Positions 1-9,724 are shown, counted from the stretch's first letter. The stretch is 61,434 nucleotides of DNA from an uncultured Mageeibacillus sp. (GCA_964486135.1 CAZAKT010000002.1:1-61434), one strand, 5' to 3'. Made by a program: numbers and translations. The notes: generated from the sequence alone by a model not told the origin.

Positions 1-1095
1 TCCTTCGATCATCTGGCGATCCTGGACGAGACAGACGCCAGCAATCCGGATGTCGCAGACGTCTTCGCCCTGCCCGCAGACCGCTTCACCGATCTTGTCA
101 GCAAGGACCTCCTGGGGGCCCTTGACGCGAAAAAGATTGCTGACAGCCTGGGTGGCTGGAGTGATTTCGATGCGGGTCTGGGCGGACTCTTCAAGCCGGA
201 GGATGAGTACCTGGCCTTCCCCTACAACATCGAGACCCTGGTGGTCTTCGCCAACACCAAGAACGCTGGGGACCTGGGGATTGAACTGGACCAGCCGGTT
301 GAGCTGGAGGGTATCGATGACCCCGCCACCATCCTCCTCCCCGTCTTTGACGCCTGGTTTGGGGTGGCGCTGGCCAACTCAGCCGATATCGCCCTCTTAA
401 AGGAAGAGGGAGATGGATTCCTATCGGATTTGACCACCAATTGGGGTGAGCTGGAAGGCGGGAAAAAGGCGGCCCTCACCGTCCTCTATGAGTACTGGGA
501 GCTCAACTACGACAAGAATACCTCCCTCTTTGACGAGAAGGCAGGCTGGGGTTATATCGACGAAAAATTTACCAGCGGTGAAGCCGGTGTCCTTCGCATT
601 GGGGGGCCCTGGGAGGTCGCTGGAATGAAGGAGAAGGCGGGTGGCGGCGATGATCTGGGCGTTTACCCCATCGGTCACATCACAGTGGCGGGCCAGCCCA
701 TGCGCCACTGGCAGGGCGGTTGGGGCCTGGCCATCAATCCCCGGATCGAGGAGGATGAGGCCAAGCTTGAATTGGCGGAAGCCATGATCGCTGAGATTGT
801 CAATCCCGACTATGCCGTTGAGCTCTTCAAGGCGACCGGCAAGATTTTGGAGAATGTGACGGCAGATGCCTACGCTAAATCCGACCTGGATGAGATTGAT
901 AAGAAGGTTATCTCGGCTGTAATCGATTCCTTCCATGTGTCACCTGGCCGGCCGCTCTTTCAGGAGTACGGACCCGTATGGGATACCTGGAAGCACGCCA
1001 TCCTATCCTGGAACAGCGTAGTCCCGGAGACCGTCGAGGCCGCCTACGGCGAACTCAAGGCCTCCTTTGACGCCATGATGGCAGATCTGAAATAA
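1..1095 (+). CDS. Sugar (maltose/maltodextrin-type) ABC transporter substrate-binding protein, 5'-truncated by the window edge
   Basis: Frame 1 is open from base 1 (SFDHLAILDE...DVFALPADRF...AFPYNIETLVVFAN) to TAA at 1095. Family-1 solute-binding-type motifs (GGWGLAIN, P-x-V-W) are present, and MalF/MalG/MsmX-like genes and malQ follow. Confidence 0.85.
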   Translation, partial: SFDHLAILDETDASNPDVADVFALPADRFTDLVSKDLLGALDAKKIADSLGGWSDFDAGLGGLFKPEDEYLAFPYNIETLVVFANTKNAGDLGIELDQPVELEGIDDPATILLPVFDAWFGVALANSADIALLKEEGDGFLSDLTTNWGELEGGKKAALTVLYEYWELNYDKNTSLFDEKAGWGYIDEKFTSGEAGVLRIGGPWEVAGMKEKAGGGDDLGVYPIGHITVAGQPMRHWQGGWGLAINPRIEEDEAKLELAEAMIAEIVNPDYAVELFKATGKILENVTADAYAKSDLDEIDKKVISAVIDSFHVSPGRPLFQEYGPVWDTWKHAILSWNSVVPETVEAAYGELKASFDAMMADLK

Positions 1096-1120
1096 GGCTC
1101 TGACCCGTCCGCGGGTCTTG

Positions 1121-1170
1121 AGGCAGGAGAGTCCCTCGCTCTCCTGCCTTACTTAATTTATATTTTGTTT
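1121..1170 (+). terminator. Stem-loop after the substrate-binding gene (partial terminator or mRNA stabiliser)
   Basis: Perfect 11-bp stem AGGCAGGAGAG (1121-1131) / CTCTCCTGCCT (1139-1149), followed by an AT/T-rich tract. Confidence 0.7.
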
Positions 1171-1216
1171 TCGTTTATGATAGGTGTGTGCAATCCAAGA
1201 CCGTAAGAGGAGACTT

Positions 1217-1702
1217 ATGGAGGCTGATCACAAGCAAGCAAGGGATAGGAGGCGGCCCGATCGTGGACGGCAATTGACAGTCCTGATCGCCTGGTGCGCG
1301 GGCCAGGTTGTCCTCGCGACGCTGACCACCCTTTTACTGGCCAGGCCGGAAGCCTACAGGGCCTGGCAGGAAGTCTCCGCCCAGGGGGGACCGGGCGATT
1401 ATTCCGCCCTGATCCTGACCCGCTTCGTCTGGGAGATCCTTGTCCCTGTCGCCCTGGCCCTCTACAGCTATTTCACCATTGAAAAACTGGGGACACCCCC
1501 CCTCTACCGATTGATCTGGGGCCTGGTGGTCTTTACGTCCGCCCTATGGAAGTTGCTGACCTTTGAGACCTACTCGCCCTTCTGGTACCTGTCACTTATC
1601 CTGTGGCTGGGCCTCTTCCTGACCGTCATCAATATTCACCGGCTTGAGCCTGACGGCTCCAAGAAAGAAGACCTGCATGGACTATCCCAAAACCGTCTTT
1701 GA
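1217..1702 (+). CDS. Hypothetical integral membrane protein (about 4 TM helices) inside the sugar ABC operon
   Basis: AGGAG RBS before ATG 1217, several hydrophobic segments, and a 26-nt overlap with the next gene. Confidence 0.75.
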   Translation: MEADHKQARDRRRPDRGRQLTVLIAWCAGQVVLATLTTLLLARPEAYRAWQEVSAQGGPGDYSALILTRFVWEILVPVALALYSYFTIEKLGTPPLYRLIWGLVVFTSALWKLLTFETYSPFWYLSLILWLGLFLTVINIHRLEPDGSKKEDLHGLSQNRL

Positions 1703-3701
1703 CGATATCGGCAACGAGCACGCCCGGAAAAATCTGTTACTGGCAGAGCAAAGCGGCCTGGAACTGTCCCCTGAGGACCTTGAGGCTTACCGGACGAAGC
1801 GGGCGGAGGCGCTGGCGGATGAGAAGACCTTCCTCCAGGCGGCGGCAGAGAGAAAAACAGGATACGAGGAGGAGGTCTCAGAGAGCGACCCCCGGATCCG
1901 GGGCTGGTTGCTTGAGGCAAAAGAACATGAGGCCCGGGCCGCCTTCTATGAACCCCTGGTCGGAATCGACTATGACTTTGAGCTCCATTACGGTGAAAGC
2001 CGCGAAATAGCGGAACAGTTGCCGCGGATCGCGGCAGGGCGGCAGGTCCTGCTGGAAGAGCGGGCGGCCGCTGAAAAAGCCCTGGCGGAGGCCCGGGCAA
2101 CAGGTCAGGAGGCGGAGGAGGCTAGCTGGCGGGAGGCCAGGAAGGAAGGCCTGGATCGGCTTAAGGAGGAAGGGGCTGAGCTTAAAAAGTCCTACCGGGA
2201 GGGCAATATCTCAGCCAAGGCCTACGCCAATGAAAAAAGGGAGAAGCGGCGGGCCGCCAAGGATGAAATCCGGTCCGGCAAGCGCCGGCTTCCAGTCAAC
2301 TTGCAAGTTGAGCGCCTGCGCCAGGCCAAACACAGGCTGAAATATGAAACAAGGAGCCAGTTGAGGGTCCTTAACTCCGATCTTTCGGATCTCCGCCGGA
2401 AGACTCCCCTGGAGACAGAGAGACGAAGGCCCCACCTCTCCTGGTTGACCTGGCCCCTCCCCGGGCTCGGTCAGTTCCTGCTCGGCCAGCGCCTGAAGGC
2501 GGCCTTCTTCTTCCTGGGAACCCTCTACTTCTATCTGCTGGCCCTCCCCTATGCCCTGGGATACGGCAACTATCGGGGACAGGGCCTTTTCGGCCTGGTC
2601 TCGCTTGCCCAGGAGGGGAGCCGGCTGGACCGCTCGGTCATCTTCATGGTGGAGGGCGTCATCGCCATCCTCCTCCTCCTGATCGGACTCTTTATCTTCT
2701 ATCAATCCTACCGCGACGTCAGCCGGGTTGAGAAGAATATGATCCGGGGTATCCGGATGAACAATTGGTTTGAGACCAGGAGCTCGATCAAGAGGGGGGG
2801 CTTCCCCTTCTTCGCCACGGCGCCGGCGGCCCTGGTCACCCTCTTCATCGTCCTCCTCCCCATCGCCGTGACCATCCTGATCTCCTTCACCAACTACGAT
2901 CCCAGCCACCAGTCAAAGTTCAACTGGGCAGGCCTGGCCAACTACAAGCAGGTCGTGCTGGGCCAGGGAATCGCCGGCGGGCCCTTCTGGCATATCACGG
3001 GCTGGACCATCCTCTGGACCCTCTTGGCGACCAGCCTGGCCATTATGATCGGCTTTGTCCTGGCCCTGCTGGTCAACCAGGATCGAATCTACGGCAAGCG
3101 GCTCTTCCGGACGGTCTACCTCCTGCCCTGGGCCGTGCCGGCCTTCATCACGATCATGTTCTTTTCGATTATGTTCTCGCCGGAAGGGCCCTTGACGGAG
3201 GTCCTGTCCAGCCTGGCCGGCCAGATTACCAATATAAAATACTCAAGCTGGGGGACCCGGATGGTCCTCATCCTGCTCCAGGGCTGGCTGGGTTCCTCCT
3301 ACGTCTTCCTCCTCTGTACCGGGATCCTCCAGGGGATACCCAAGGACCTTTACGAGGCGGCCCGGATAGACGGGGCGACCGGCTACCAGGCCATCCGCCA
3401 TATCACCCTCCCCCTCCTCCTCTTCCAGACGGCACCCCTCCTGATCGGCCAGTATACTTTCAACTTCAATAATTTCTCCATCATCTACCTCTTCAACGGC
3501 GGCGGCCCCTTTGAGCCATCCAAGTACGGTAATATCGCGGGGTCTTCCGATCTCCTGATCTCCTATATCTACAAACTCACCATACAGAAACAGTATCAGG
3601 GGATAGGTTCGGCCATCACCCTGATCGTTTCACTCGTTTTGATCTTCTTTGCCTGGATCGGCTTCAGCCGGTCCAAGGCCTTTCGGGAGGAAAGACTATG
3701 A
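1677..3701 (+). CDS. Maltodextrin ABC permease (MalF/MalC-like) with a ~250-aa charged N-terminal extension
   Basis: PGLGQ segment, YLLPWAVPAFITI, and EAA motif LYEAARIDGA. The N-terminal third is E/K/R/A-rich and helical. Confidence 0.9.
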   Translation: MDYPKTVFDDIGNEHARKNLLLAEQSGLELSPEDLEAYRTKRAEALADEKTFLQAAAERKTGYEEEVSESDPRIRGWLLEAKEHEARAAFYEPLVGIDYDFELHYGESREIAEQLPRIAAGRQVLLEERAAAEKALAEARATGQEAEEASWREARKEGLDRLKEEGAELKKSYREGNISAKAYANEKREKRRAAKDEIRSGKRRLPVNLQVERLRQAKHRLKYETRSQLRVLNSDLSDLRRKTPLETERRRPHLSWLTWPLPGLGQFLLGQRLKAAFFFLGTLYFYLLALPYALGYGNYRGQGLFGLVSLAQEGSRLDRSVIFMVEGVIAILLLLIGLFIFYQSYRDVSRVEKNMIRGIRMNNWFETRSSIKRGGFPFFATAPAALVTLFIVLLPIAVTILISFTNYDPSHQSKFNWAGLANYKQVVLGQGIAGGPFWHITGWTILWTLLATSLAIMIGFVLALLVNQDRIYGKRLFRTVYLLPWAVPAFITIMFFSIMFSPEGPLTEVLSSLAGQITNIKYSSWGTRMVLILLQGWLGSSYVFLLCTGILQGIPKDLYEAARIDGATGYQAIRHITLPLLLFQTAPLLIGQYTFNFNNFSIIYLFNGGGPFEPSKYGNIAGSSDLLISYIYKLTIQKQYQGIGSAITLIVSLVLIFFAWIGFSRSKAFREERL

Positions 3702-4588
3702 CCGGCGAAAAAGAAAAGAAGCTTTACCTTTCGGACAGGCCGCCCTTGACCGGGGTCAAGGTCGCCCTTTTGACCTTGAGCTATATCTTCCTCTTCCTCT
3801 ATGTATTTATAGTCCTCTGGCCCCTCTCCCAGATCCTCTTTGCCAGCTTCAACGGCAATCACGGCTCCTATATCCAGATCGGGGTCAGCTTCTCCTTCTC
3901 GCTCAAGCACTTCAACTATCTCTTTGCCGAGACCTACTTCCTGAACTGGGTGGTCAACACCATCCTCATCGCGCTGGCGACAGCCGCCCTGACTCTGCTC
4001 TTCGTCTCCTTCACGGGCTATGCCTATTCCCGCTACCGCTTCAAGGGCCGTAAGGCTTCCCTCATGGCCATCCTCCTGATCCAGACCATTCCCAGCTTCG
4101 CGGGCATCGCCGCCTTCTATACCCTCCACTCCATCCTCGTGTCGATCGCCCCCTGGTTCAGCCGGCAGGTCTTTTTGATCCTTATCTACGCGGGGGGAGG
4201 CATCGCCGGCAACACCTTCATCCTGAAAAGCTACATCGACTCCATCTCCACGGAGCTGGATGACGCGGCCCGGATCGACGGCTGTGGCAATCTCCAGGTC
4301 TATCGCCTGATCATCATGCCCATTGTCCGCCCCATGCTGGCCGTCATCGCCCTCTGGTCCTTCATCGGGCCCTTCCTCGACTTCCTGCTCCCCAGCATCC
4401 TCTTGAACGACCCCAGGGCCTACACGCTGGCGACCGGCCTGCATACCCTGATCACCGACGTACGCAACATGCACCAACCCGTCTTCGCGGCCGGTGGCCT
4501 GCTGACGGCGGTGCCCATAATCATCTTGTTTATCGCCCTGCAAAAACAGCTGGTCTCCGGACTGGCGAGCGGCGCAGTCAAAGGCTAG
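3698..4588 (+). CDS. Maltodextrin ABC permease (MalG/MalD-like)
   Basis: GYAYSRYRFKGR, EAA motif ELDDAARIDGC, YTLATGL; ATGA overlap with the upstream gene. Confidence 0.9.
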   Translation: MTGEKEKKLYLSDRPPLTGVKVALLTLSYIFLFLYVFIVLWPLSQILFASFNGNHGSYIQIGVSFSFSLKHFNYLFAETYFLNWVVNTILIALATAALTLLFVSFTGYAYSRYRFKGRKASLMAILLIQTIPSFAGIAAFYTLHSILVSIAPWFSRQVFLILIYAGGGIAGNTFILKSYIDSISTELDDAARIDGCGNLQVYRLIIMPIVRPMLAVIALWSFIGPFLDFLLPSILLNDPRAYTLATGLHTLITDVRNMHQPVFAAGGLLTAVPIIILFIALQKQLVSGLASGAVKG

Positions 4589-4597
4589 GAGGCAGTC

Positions 4598-5683
4598 ATG
4601 AAAGTCGAATTGGTAAATATCGGCAAGAAGTACGAGGGCAGGGAGAATTTCACCATCCGGCACATCGATCTGGAGATCGGGGACAAGGAATTTTGTGTCA
4701 TCCTGGGTCCGTCCGGCTGTGGGAAGAGCACCCTCCTCCGCATGATCGCCGGCCTCAACTCGATCACGGAAGGCGACCTCCTCTTCGATGGGAAGCGGAT
4801 GAACAAGGTGGAGCCCAAGGACAGGGACATCGCCATGGTTTTCCAGTCCTATGCCCTCTACCCCCATATGACCGTCTACGACAACCTGGCCTTCTCCCTG
4901 AAGATGAGAAAGGAAGATAAGACCCTGATCCACGACCGGGTCACCGAGGCAGCTGAACTGCTTCAGATCACGGATTATCTTTATTCCAAACCTTCCGAGA
5001 TCTCGGGCGGTCAGCGGCAGAGGGTCGCCCTGGGACGGGCCATAGTCAGGAAGGCGTCTGTCTTCCTGCTCGATGAGCCCCTGTCCAACCTGGATGCCAA
5101 ACTCCGTGAGCATATGCGGGTCGAACTCGTCCGCCTCCATAAATCACTGGATACCACCGCCATCTATGTGACCCATGACCAGACGGAGGCCATGACCATG
5201 GCGACCAAACTCGTTCTCCTGGATGACGGGAAGGTCCAGCAGGTCGGCAAGCCCTCCGAATTCTACGAGCGGCCGGCCAACCTCTTTGCCGCCGGCTTCA
5301 TTGGCTCACCCACCATGAACCTTTTCCCGGGATCCTTTGAGGGGGGCCTCTTCAAGGCTGACGAGGGTTCCCTGGTCGTCGAGCCCGGTGAGGCGGACCG
5401 GGACAAACTGAAAAACTATGAGGGCAAGCGGGTGGTCCTGGGGATCCGGTCCGAGCGCTTCCTGGCCGGCAAGGCGGAAAAAAACGGAATCCAGGTGAAA
5501 ATTGACGTCATCGAGATGCTGGGAAAGGAACAGCTACTCTACTGCAGATTCCCGGACGGCAAGGAATGCCTTATCTCGGAGCCAGGCCATTTCACTTACG
5601 CGGTCGAGGAGGATCATGACTTCCAGCTCGATACGGAAGGACTCCATTTCTTCGATGAGGAGACAACAGAAAGAATAAACTAG
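4598..5683 (+). CDS. msmX: Sugar ABC ATP-binding protein (MsmX/MalK family)
   Basis: Walker A GPSGCGKST, VFQSYALYPHM, signature ISGGQRQR, LLDEPLSNLDAKLR, YVTHDQ. Confidence 0.92.
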   Translation: MKVELVNIGKKYEGRENFTIRHIDLEIGDKEFCVILGPSGCGKSTLLRMIAGLNSITEGDLLFDGKRMNKVEPKDRDIAMVFQSYALYPHMTVYDNLAFSLKMRKEDKTLIHDRVTEAAELLQITDYLYSKPSEISGGQRQRVALGRAIVRKASVFLLDEPLSNLDAKLREHMRVELVRLHKSLDTTAIYVTHDQTEAMTMATKLVLLDDGKVQQVGKPSEFYERPANLFAAGFIGSPTMNLFPGSFEGGLFKADEGSLVVEPGEADRDKLKNYEGKRVVLGIRSERFLAGKAEKNGIQVKIDVIEMLGKEQLLYCRFPDGKECLISEPGHFTYAVEEDHDFQLDTEGLHFFDEETTERIN

Positions 5684-5703
5684 GCAGTTCCGGGCCGGAG
5701 CCC

Positions 5704-6744
5704 CTATTCCTGCCAGGAACTGACCAGGTCCTGGCCTTCCCGTGAGCTGAAGAAGCGGAAGGTGGGGCGGGGGACAAGCGGGGCTATCTCACGGATCTTT
5801 CCCGCGATCAGGAGGCCTCGTACACGTGAGGCCGAGATAACGATGCCGTCCTCCGATTTGATACGTGGCACCAGGGTCACGGAAATCCGATCCTCCAGTT
5901 GTTCCAGAAGACTCCTGTTATAGGTGAAGGTTACTGAATCATAGGGTTCGTCACCGACCGTGCGGTTGGTGATGCCAAGGGCGGGAGCGACGTTGTCCCG
6001 AAAGAGGATGGCGTCCAGGCTTGCCTGGGTCTTGGTCTCATCGGTCTCCTTCTTCAGAAAATAGGAGGGGAAGGAGGCCCGTGAAATGATGTAGTCCTCG
6101 GTCGGGTGGTAAATAATGCCCTCGAGATCGGCCGTCCCCTCGACTACCAGCCGGAAGCGGATATCAGCCGGAACAGTGGAGATGTCCTCGCTTATGACGA
6201 AAAGATGCAGCCTCTTTGAACGGGTCAGCGCGTTTTCGATCAGGGCCCGGTGGCCCAGGGTAAAGGGGTTGGCGTTCATAACGATGGATTCGACAGGCCC
6301 ACTGGCCTGGCCGTGCTCGTCTTCGTAGTCAGCAAGCGTTTGACGGAGGCCAGCCAGATAGTTTTCGAAAGCCGGCTCACCGCGCTCCATATAAGTCACC
6401 CCGTCCGGAGTGGTGGCCAGGGTCTTGAAGCCTAGGTTTTGAAAGGCAGTCACGGCCTCCGGTTTTGTATAAAGGAAGAGTTTTTCAACCCCCTCATCAT
6501 AGGCTTCGGTAATCAGGCCTGAGAGCAGTTCATTAAATAAGGCCTGGCCCTGACGGTCAGGCTTTATGGCGATGCACTTAAGCCGGTTTTCATCCCTGGC
6601 GCCTGTAGCGACCAGTTGGCCGTCTTCGTAAATACCCAGGACGACAGAGTAAGGGGGGTCCTTCTTCAATTCCGCTTCATCCAGAAGTTCTTCCCATTCC
6701 TGTGCAACTTCAGGAAGTTCGGTGATGTTCAATCTTTCAAGCAT
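5704..6744 (-). CDS. citC: [Citrate (pro-3S)-lyase] ligase
   Basis: N-terminal GNAT-like part plus IVMNANPFTLGH, YIISRASFPSYFLK, R-x-VG-x-EP and ISASRVR motifs. Start placed at ATG 6744 (AAGGGA upstream); the ORF track extends to 6843. Confidence 0.88.
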   Translation of the reverse strand: MLERLNITELPEVAQEWEELLDEAELKKDPPYSVVLGIYEDGQLVATGARDENRLKCIAIKPDRQGQALFNELLSGLITEAYDEGVEKLFLYTKPEAVTAFQNLGFKTLATTPDGVTYMERGEPAFENYLAGLRQTLADYEDEHGQASGPVESIVMNANPFTLGHRALIENALTRSKRLHLFVISEDISTVPADIRFRLVVEGTADLEGIIYHPTEDYIISRASFPSYFLKKETDETKTQASLDAILFRDNVAPALGITNRTVGDEPYDSVTFTYNRSLLEQLEDRISVTLVPRIKSEDGIVISASRVRGLLIAGKIREIAPLVPRPTFRFFSSREGQDLVSSWQE

Positions 6745-6864
6745 GCAAAAAGTTATCCCTTTCATGGGGGTTTCATGAGGCCATTCTACACGAAAGAGGG
6801 GCATACTGTCAGTTCCGGCCTGTGCTAGAATCAAATGGATCATTCCATCCCAACGAGGCAGCCC

Positions 6865-8424
6865 ATGACGACAATTGGAAAAGCGGTTCTGGACGAAGGC
6901 TACAATTTCCGAATCCTGAGAGAGGGGCGGCAGAGTGGTATCCTATGCCACATCACCAGCCTGCCCTCGCCATACGGGATCGGAAGCCTGGGCGCCGAGG
7001 CTCTGGACTTCATCGACTTTCTCACCCTTTCGGGACAATCCTGCTGGCAGATCCTGCCCCTGGGCGTGACCGGCTTTGGTGATTCACCCTACCAAAGCTT
7101 TTCGGCCTACGCGGGGAATCCCTACCTGATCGATCTGGACGAGCTGGTGGGGGAAGGCCTCCTGCCCGCCGGGGCGCCGGGGAGTTTCGATTTTGGCATA
7201 GACCCCGGCCGGGTTGACTTCGGCCTGATCTGGGCCAACAGGAGACGCCTGCTCAGCCTTGCCTGGGAGAAGTTCCAGACGGGGGGATTTGGAAGACTTG
7301 AACACGAGTTCGCGGTCTTTACGACCAAAGAGGATGTCTCCTGGCTCCACAGTTTTGCCCTCTTTATGACACTGAAGGCAAGCCAGGCAGGCAGGCCCTG
7401 GTGGTCCTGGCCGACCCCCTACAAGCAGCAGGACCCGGTCGCGCTCCTGGAATTTGAAAGAGCAAACGGACAGGCGATCCAGTTTGAAAAATTCCTCCAG
7501 TTCCTCTTTTTCCGCCAATGGAAGCGGGTCCGTACCTACGCGGCCAAGGCTGGAATTGAAATCATCGGCGACCTGCCGATCTATGTCGCAGAGGATTCCG
7601 TTGAAGTATGGCGGGAGCCGGGCCTCTTCCAGCTCGACGGGAATCTCGATCCCCTCTTTGTCGCGGGCTGCCCTCCTGACTATTTTTCTGATGATGGCCA
7701 GCTTTGGGGCAATCCTCTCTACGACTGGGAGGCCCACCGGGCCCAGGCTTTCAGCTGGTGGATCGAAAGACTCCGCTTCCAACTCAGTCTCTACGACCGG
7801 CTCCGCATCGACCATTTCCGCGGTTTGGAATCCTACTGGGCCGTCCCCTACGGTGACAGGACAGCCAGGCGGGGTCATTGGGAACCGGGTCCGGGAGACG
7901 CCCTCTTCGAGGCCCTGGCCAGGGAACTGGGCTCCTTGCCCCTCATCGCCGAAGACCTGGGCTATATGACCGAGGAAGTCTTCCAGCTGCGCGAACGAAC
8001 CGGATTCCCCGGTATGAAGATCCTGCAGTTTGCTTTCAATCCTGACGCCTCAAGCGACTACCTCCCACACAACCTGACGGAAAATACCCTGCTCTACACG
8101 GGTACCCATGACAACGATACCATCGCCGGCTGGCTGCAGACGGCGCCGGAAGAGGAGCTTGCCTTTGCCAGGGCCTATCTTGGATTGAACGAGGAGGAAG
8201 GTCTGGTCCGCGGCTTCATGCGGGGGGCCGCGACCAGCGTCTGCCGGACGGTCATCTTCCAGTTGCAGGATTTATTGGAGTTGGACAATGAGAGCCGGAT
8301 GAACCGGCCGGGGACAGCGGAAGGCAATTGGCAGTGGCGCCTGAAGCCCGACTCCCTGACCCTGGAGTTGGCGACCGGCCTCCGGGAGCTTACGCGGATG
8401 AGTGGCCGCCTCCCGACCGGATGA
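6865..8424 (+). CDS. malQ: 4-alpha-glucanotransferase (amylomaltase, GH77)
   Basis: GILCHITSLP, WQILPL, SPYQSFSAYAGNP, LWGNPLY, RIDHFRG, IAEDLG, YTGTHDN and MNRPG motifs. Confidence 0.95.
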   Translation: MTTIGKAVLDEGYNFRILREGRQSGILCHITSLPSPYGIGSLGAEALDFIDFLTLSGQSCWQILPLGVTGFGDSPYQSFSAYAGNPYLIDLDELVGEGLLPAGAPGSFDFGIDPGRVDFGLIWANRRRLLSLAWEKFQTGGFGRLEHEFAVFTTKEDVSWLHSFALFMTLKASQAGRPWWSWPTPYKQQDPVALLEFERANGQAIQFEKFLQFLFFRQWKRVRTYAAKAGIEIIGDLPIYVAEDSVEVWREPGLFQLDGNLDPLFVAGCPPDYFSDDGQLWGNPLYDWEAHRAQAFSWWIERLRFQLSLYDRLRIDHFRGLESYWAVPYGDRTARRGHWEPGPGDALFEALARELGSLPLIAEDLGYMTEEVFQLRERTGFPGMKILQFAFNPDASSDYLPHNLTENTLLYTGTHDNDTIAGWLQTAPEEELAFARAYLGLNEEEGLVRGFMRGAATSVCRTVIFQLQDLLELDNESRMNRPGTAEGNWQWRLKPDSLTLELATGLRELTRMSGRLPTG

Positions 8425-8427
8425 GGG

Positions 8428-9495
8428 TTAGTCCCGGGGCGCGGCCAGGACAATCCCCCACCAATGGATACCATCACCCTGCCAGCTATGGTAATAGCCG
8501 ACGCCCACCTGTGTGTACTCCCCGCTGAAGAGCTGGTCCCCGTAAATGGCCTGCAGGCGGGCAGCGACCTTGGCGGGGGTATCAAAGGCATACTCCCCGG
8601 CTGACCCGCTGATCACTGTATTGAAGGCAGTACTCAAGCCGGCCGGCAGATCCTGGAGCTTCCTATGGCTGCTGTAATGGACGGCCTGGTCCTTGGCGAA
8701 AGTATGGAGGGTCTCCGTTATGACAAGAGGGGCCAGGTCTCGGGCCTTCCTTGCCTCGTTGATCAGGCGGACAAGCTCCTGGTCGTAAGCCTCCTGATGA
8801 TATTCTTCTGGGGAGGGGATCAGGGCGAAGAGCTGGATCCAAAAAAAGCTTCCCGCTTGTCGGGAATCGTGCCAGCAGCCGACACCCAGATGGGTCCAGT
8901 CAGGATGTAGGAGGTTTTCCCTGTGGCCCTTGGATTCCATCCAGCCCCGCATGACCTCCTGGGGGGAAGACTGACCCAGGGCAGCGTTCTCGCCCACCGC
9001 CAGGTAGGGGATCTTGACGGCGGTGAAATAGGCGCTTCCGTCAGGCCGCTGGTGGTCAAAGATCTCAATCAGCTCGACAGCGCGAAGGCGGGCCGCCTCC
9101 GCAAGCCCCGAGCTGGCCGTGAGGGGGTTCAAGCCGGCCTTCTTTCTTTCCGCGTTGACCAGGGCCAGGACCTGTTTTTCGAAATCCGCCTCGAAAAAAG
9201 CTTCCGTGACCGGCGGCGCCGTCGTGGGGGCAGTAGCCGCCTTGCTGGTCACAGAAGGCAGGGTGACGGTCCTTGTCGGGGTTGGGGAGGATGAGCTCGT
9301 GACTTCCGTGGCCGGAGGGACTGTGACAGTGGTCATTGACAGGCTGGTCCCTGTCTCCGTCATCTTTGTGACGGCAGTCAGGGAGGGCAGCTCAGTCCTG
9401 GGGGGCTCCGACTCCTGGCTGGCAGGGGAAGAACTGCAGGCAGCAAGGCCGACCAGCAAAAAAAGGATAAGTAGGGGGGCGGTCAGTCGCTTCAC
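8428..9495 (-). CDS. Lipoprotein with a Thr/Ser/Pro-rich linker and two CAP (SCP) domains
   Basis: Lipobox LAAC. CAP motifs VLALVNAERKKAGL, HQRPDG, GENAA and WMESKGHRENLL; the second, degenerate copy begins LVRLINEARKARDL. Confidence 0.85.
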   Translation of the reverse strand: MKRLTAPLLILFLLVGLAACSSSPASQESEPPRTELPSLTAVTKMTETGTSLSMTTVTVPPATEVTSSSSPTPTRTVTLPSVTSKAATAPTTAPPVTEAFFEADFEKQVLALVNAERKKAGLNPLTASSGLAEAARLRAVELIEIFDHQRPDGSAYFTAVKIPYLAVGENAALGQSSPQEVMRGWMESKGHRENLLHPDWTHLGVGCWHDSRQAGSFFWIQLFALIPSPEEYHQEAYDQELVRLINEARKARDLAPLVITETLHTFAKDQAVHYSSHRKLQDLPAGLSTAFNTVISGSAGEYAFDTPAKVAARLQAIYGDQLFSGEYTQVGVGYYHSWQGDGIHWWGIVLAAPRD

Positions 9496-9619
9496 GGGAT
9501 GATCTTCTCCTCTGCCATCAAGAAAAAACTGATATCAATATGGGCTGGATCCATCAATTAGTCAAGTTGGCAAGGGTCTTGGCTTTCTTGGCCTGCTTAG
9601 TTTCTGCCGGGCCGCTTGT

Positions 9620-9647
9620 TTGGCTTTATGCCTATATATGCTAAAAT
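9620..9647 (+). promoter_or_regulatory. sigmaA promoter (extended -10) for the cdd nucleoside operon
   Basis: TTGGCT (9620-9625), 16-nt spacer, TGcTAAAAT (9639-9647). Confidence 0.55.
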
Positions 9648-9724
9648 AAGTCAGGTCAGGAAGGAAATATTAGTGATACTTAGCAAGAGATTCAGAGGCT
9701 TTTCGCTCCCTGCCCGGAGGTGCC

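Noticed and set aside
3596-5140. 514-aa minus-strand ORF (and similar 2211-2909, 10464-11183, 12324-13007)
   Set aside because: Antisense shadows of well-supported high-GC ABC genes; no motifs or RBS
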